A stretch of DNA of 63,320 bases, the filler included, from Hyphochytrium catenoides (Eukaryota; Protista; Hyphochytriomycota): the NCBI GenBank assembly GCA_900088475.1. It is 9 parts of 9 records of this genome, joined end to end, with 100 filler letters (N's around TTAATTAATTAA, not from the genome) between each part and the next. Parts side by side here need not be neighbours in the genome. Positions count along the whole stretch, not along the records: positions 62,077 to 63,320 come from FLMG01004471.1; 8 more parts are not named here. One strand, 5' to 3'. Below, in pieces: positions 63,009 to 63,320 of the stretch (positions are counted from its first letter, which is position 1; each line of letters begins with the position of its first letter). The position numbers were made by a program, and so were the translations under genes. A model generated the notes under the pieces. That model was not told the DNA's origin. It saw only the letters and a list, made by a program, of their open reading frames with translations, and searched no databases.

Positions 63009-63165
63009 AAGGCAGGGGAAGGTCAGAGAGGGAGAGAGAGAGGAGGAGAAATAGGAAGGACAAGAAAGATGAAAGGCCAACGCTCACTTTTTCTGCTTCT
63101 TTGCCTCGTTTACAGAGCGGGGACGCCGTCTTTTTCCTTTCTCCTCGCCATCGCCAAGAGCGCAT
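62421..63165 (-). CDS. TYW3: tRNA wybutosine-synthesising protein 3 (TYW3 domain), 3' truncated
   Basis: 'FESSKRQIL..DRSPKGSLDEPIAELIHTINGHKDY|VTTSSCSGRISVF..GGQWLLASH' is the canonical TYW3 N-terminus. Confidence 0.93.
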
Positions 63166-63320
63166 GACATCCTGGCGCGAGAGAGATGAGAAGAGAAAGA
63201 GAGAAGGACAAAATAAGAGAGAGAGAGAGAGAGAGAGACAAAGAGAGAGCGTGTGTGTCTCGCAGAACCCGGTCAATGACGAGGCAATAGAACAAGGAGA
63301 GAGAGAGGGGGGGGGGGGGG

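Larger units (their letters stand above)
51967..63320. repeat. Dense (CT)n/(GA)n microsatellite tracts in introns and intergenic DNA
   Basis: Numerous perfect or near-perfect dinucleotide runs, e.g. 52977-53019, 59620-59770, 60135-60190, 60710-60923. Similar runs occur at 15950-16070, 17428-17472 and 24795-24995. Several contigs and gaps end in these runs. Confidence 0.95.

Noticed and set aside
1-63320. tRNA, rRNA, snRNA or spliced-leader genes; Fanzor/TnpB; viral hallmark genes
   Set aside because: No recognisable signatures were found by eye. A covariance-model or HMM scan would be needed to exclude them formally.

Overview
Eukaryotic, intron-rich genomic DNA, not prokaryotic. The window is at least 9 contigs joined by artificial 100-nt linkers (N44-TTAATTAATTAA-N44), so gene order across linkers means nothing. 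Gene content and (CCCTAA)n-type repeats suggest a flagellated protist, most likely a stramenopile (inference). Recognisable spliced genes: VPS9+RCC1 Rab-GEF, DCAF11/WDR23-like WD40, a Zn-ribbon short-chain dehydrogenase, an S4+RluB/RsuA pseudouridine synthase, a multi-TM RGS protein, a WDR93-like protein, a mastigoneme/tenascin-like EGF protein, an FkbH-like HAD-IIIC protein, JMJD6 and TYW3. The most interesting items are: (1) a probable ciliary beta-trefoil protein ending in an HPt-like domain whose phospho-acceptor His is replaced by Arg, lying head-to-head with WDR93 and about 2.5 kb from the TM-RGS gene; (2) a same-orientation stack of 3' fragments of RLE-type (CRE-like) non-LTR retrotransposons next to an orphan secreted repeat protein; (3) a probable subtelomere with telomere-variant hexamers, a 12-bp satellite and a Gypsy-like remnant; (4) an apparent excess of TAG/CTA in decayed regions, possibly RIP-like; (5) an intronised bacterial-type FkbH gene. 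All calls come from motif recognition by eye with no database searches, and exon boundaries are approximate. Most ORFs in the six-frame track are artefacts of (CT)n/(GA)n microsatellites.
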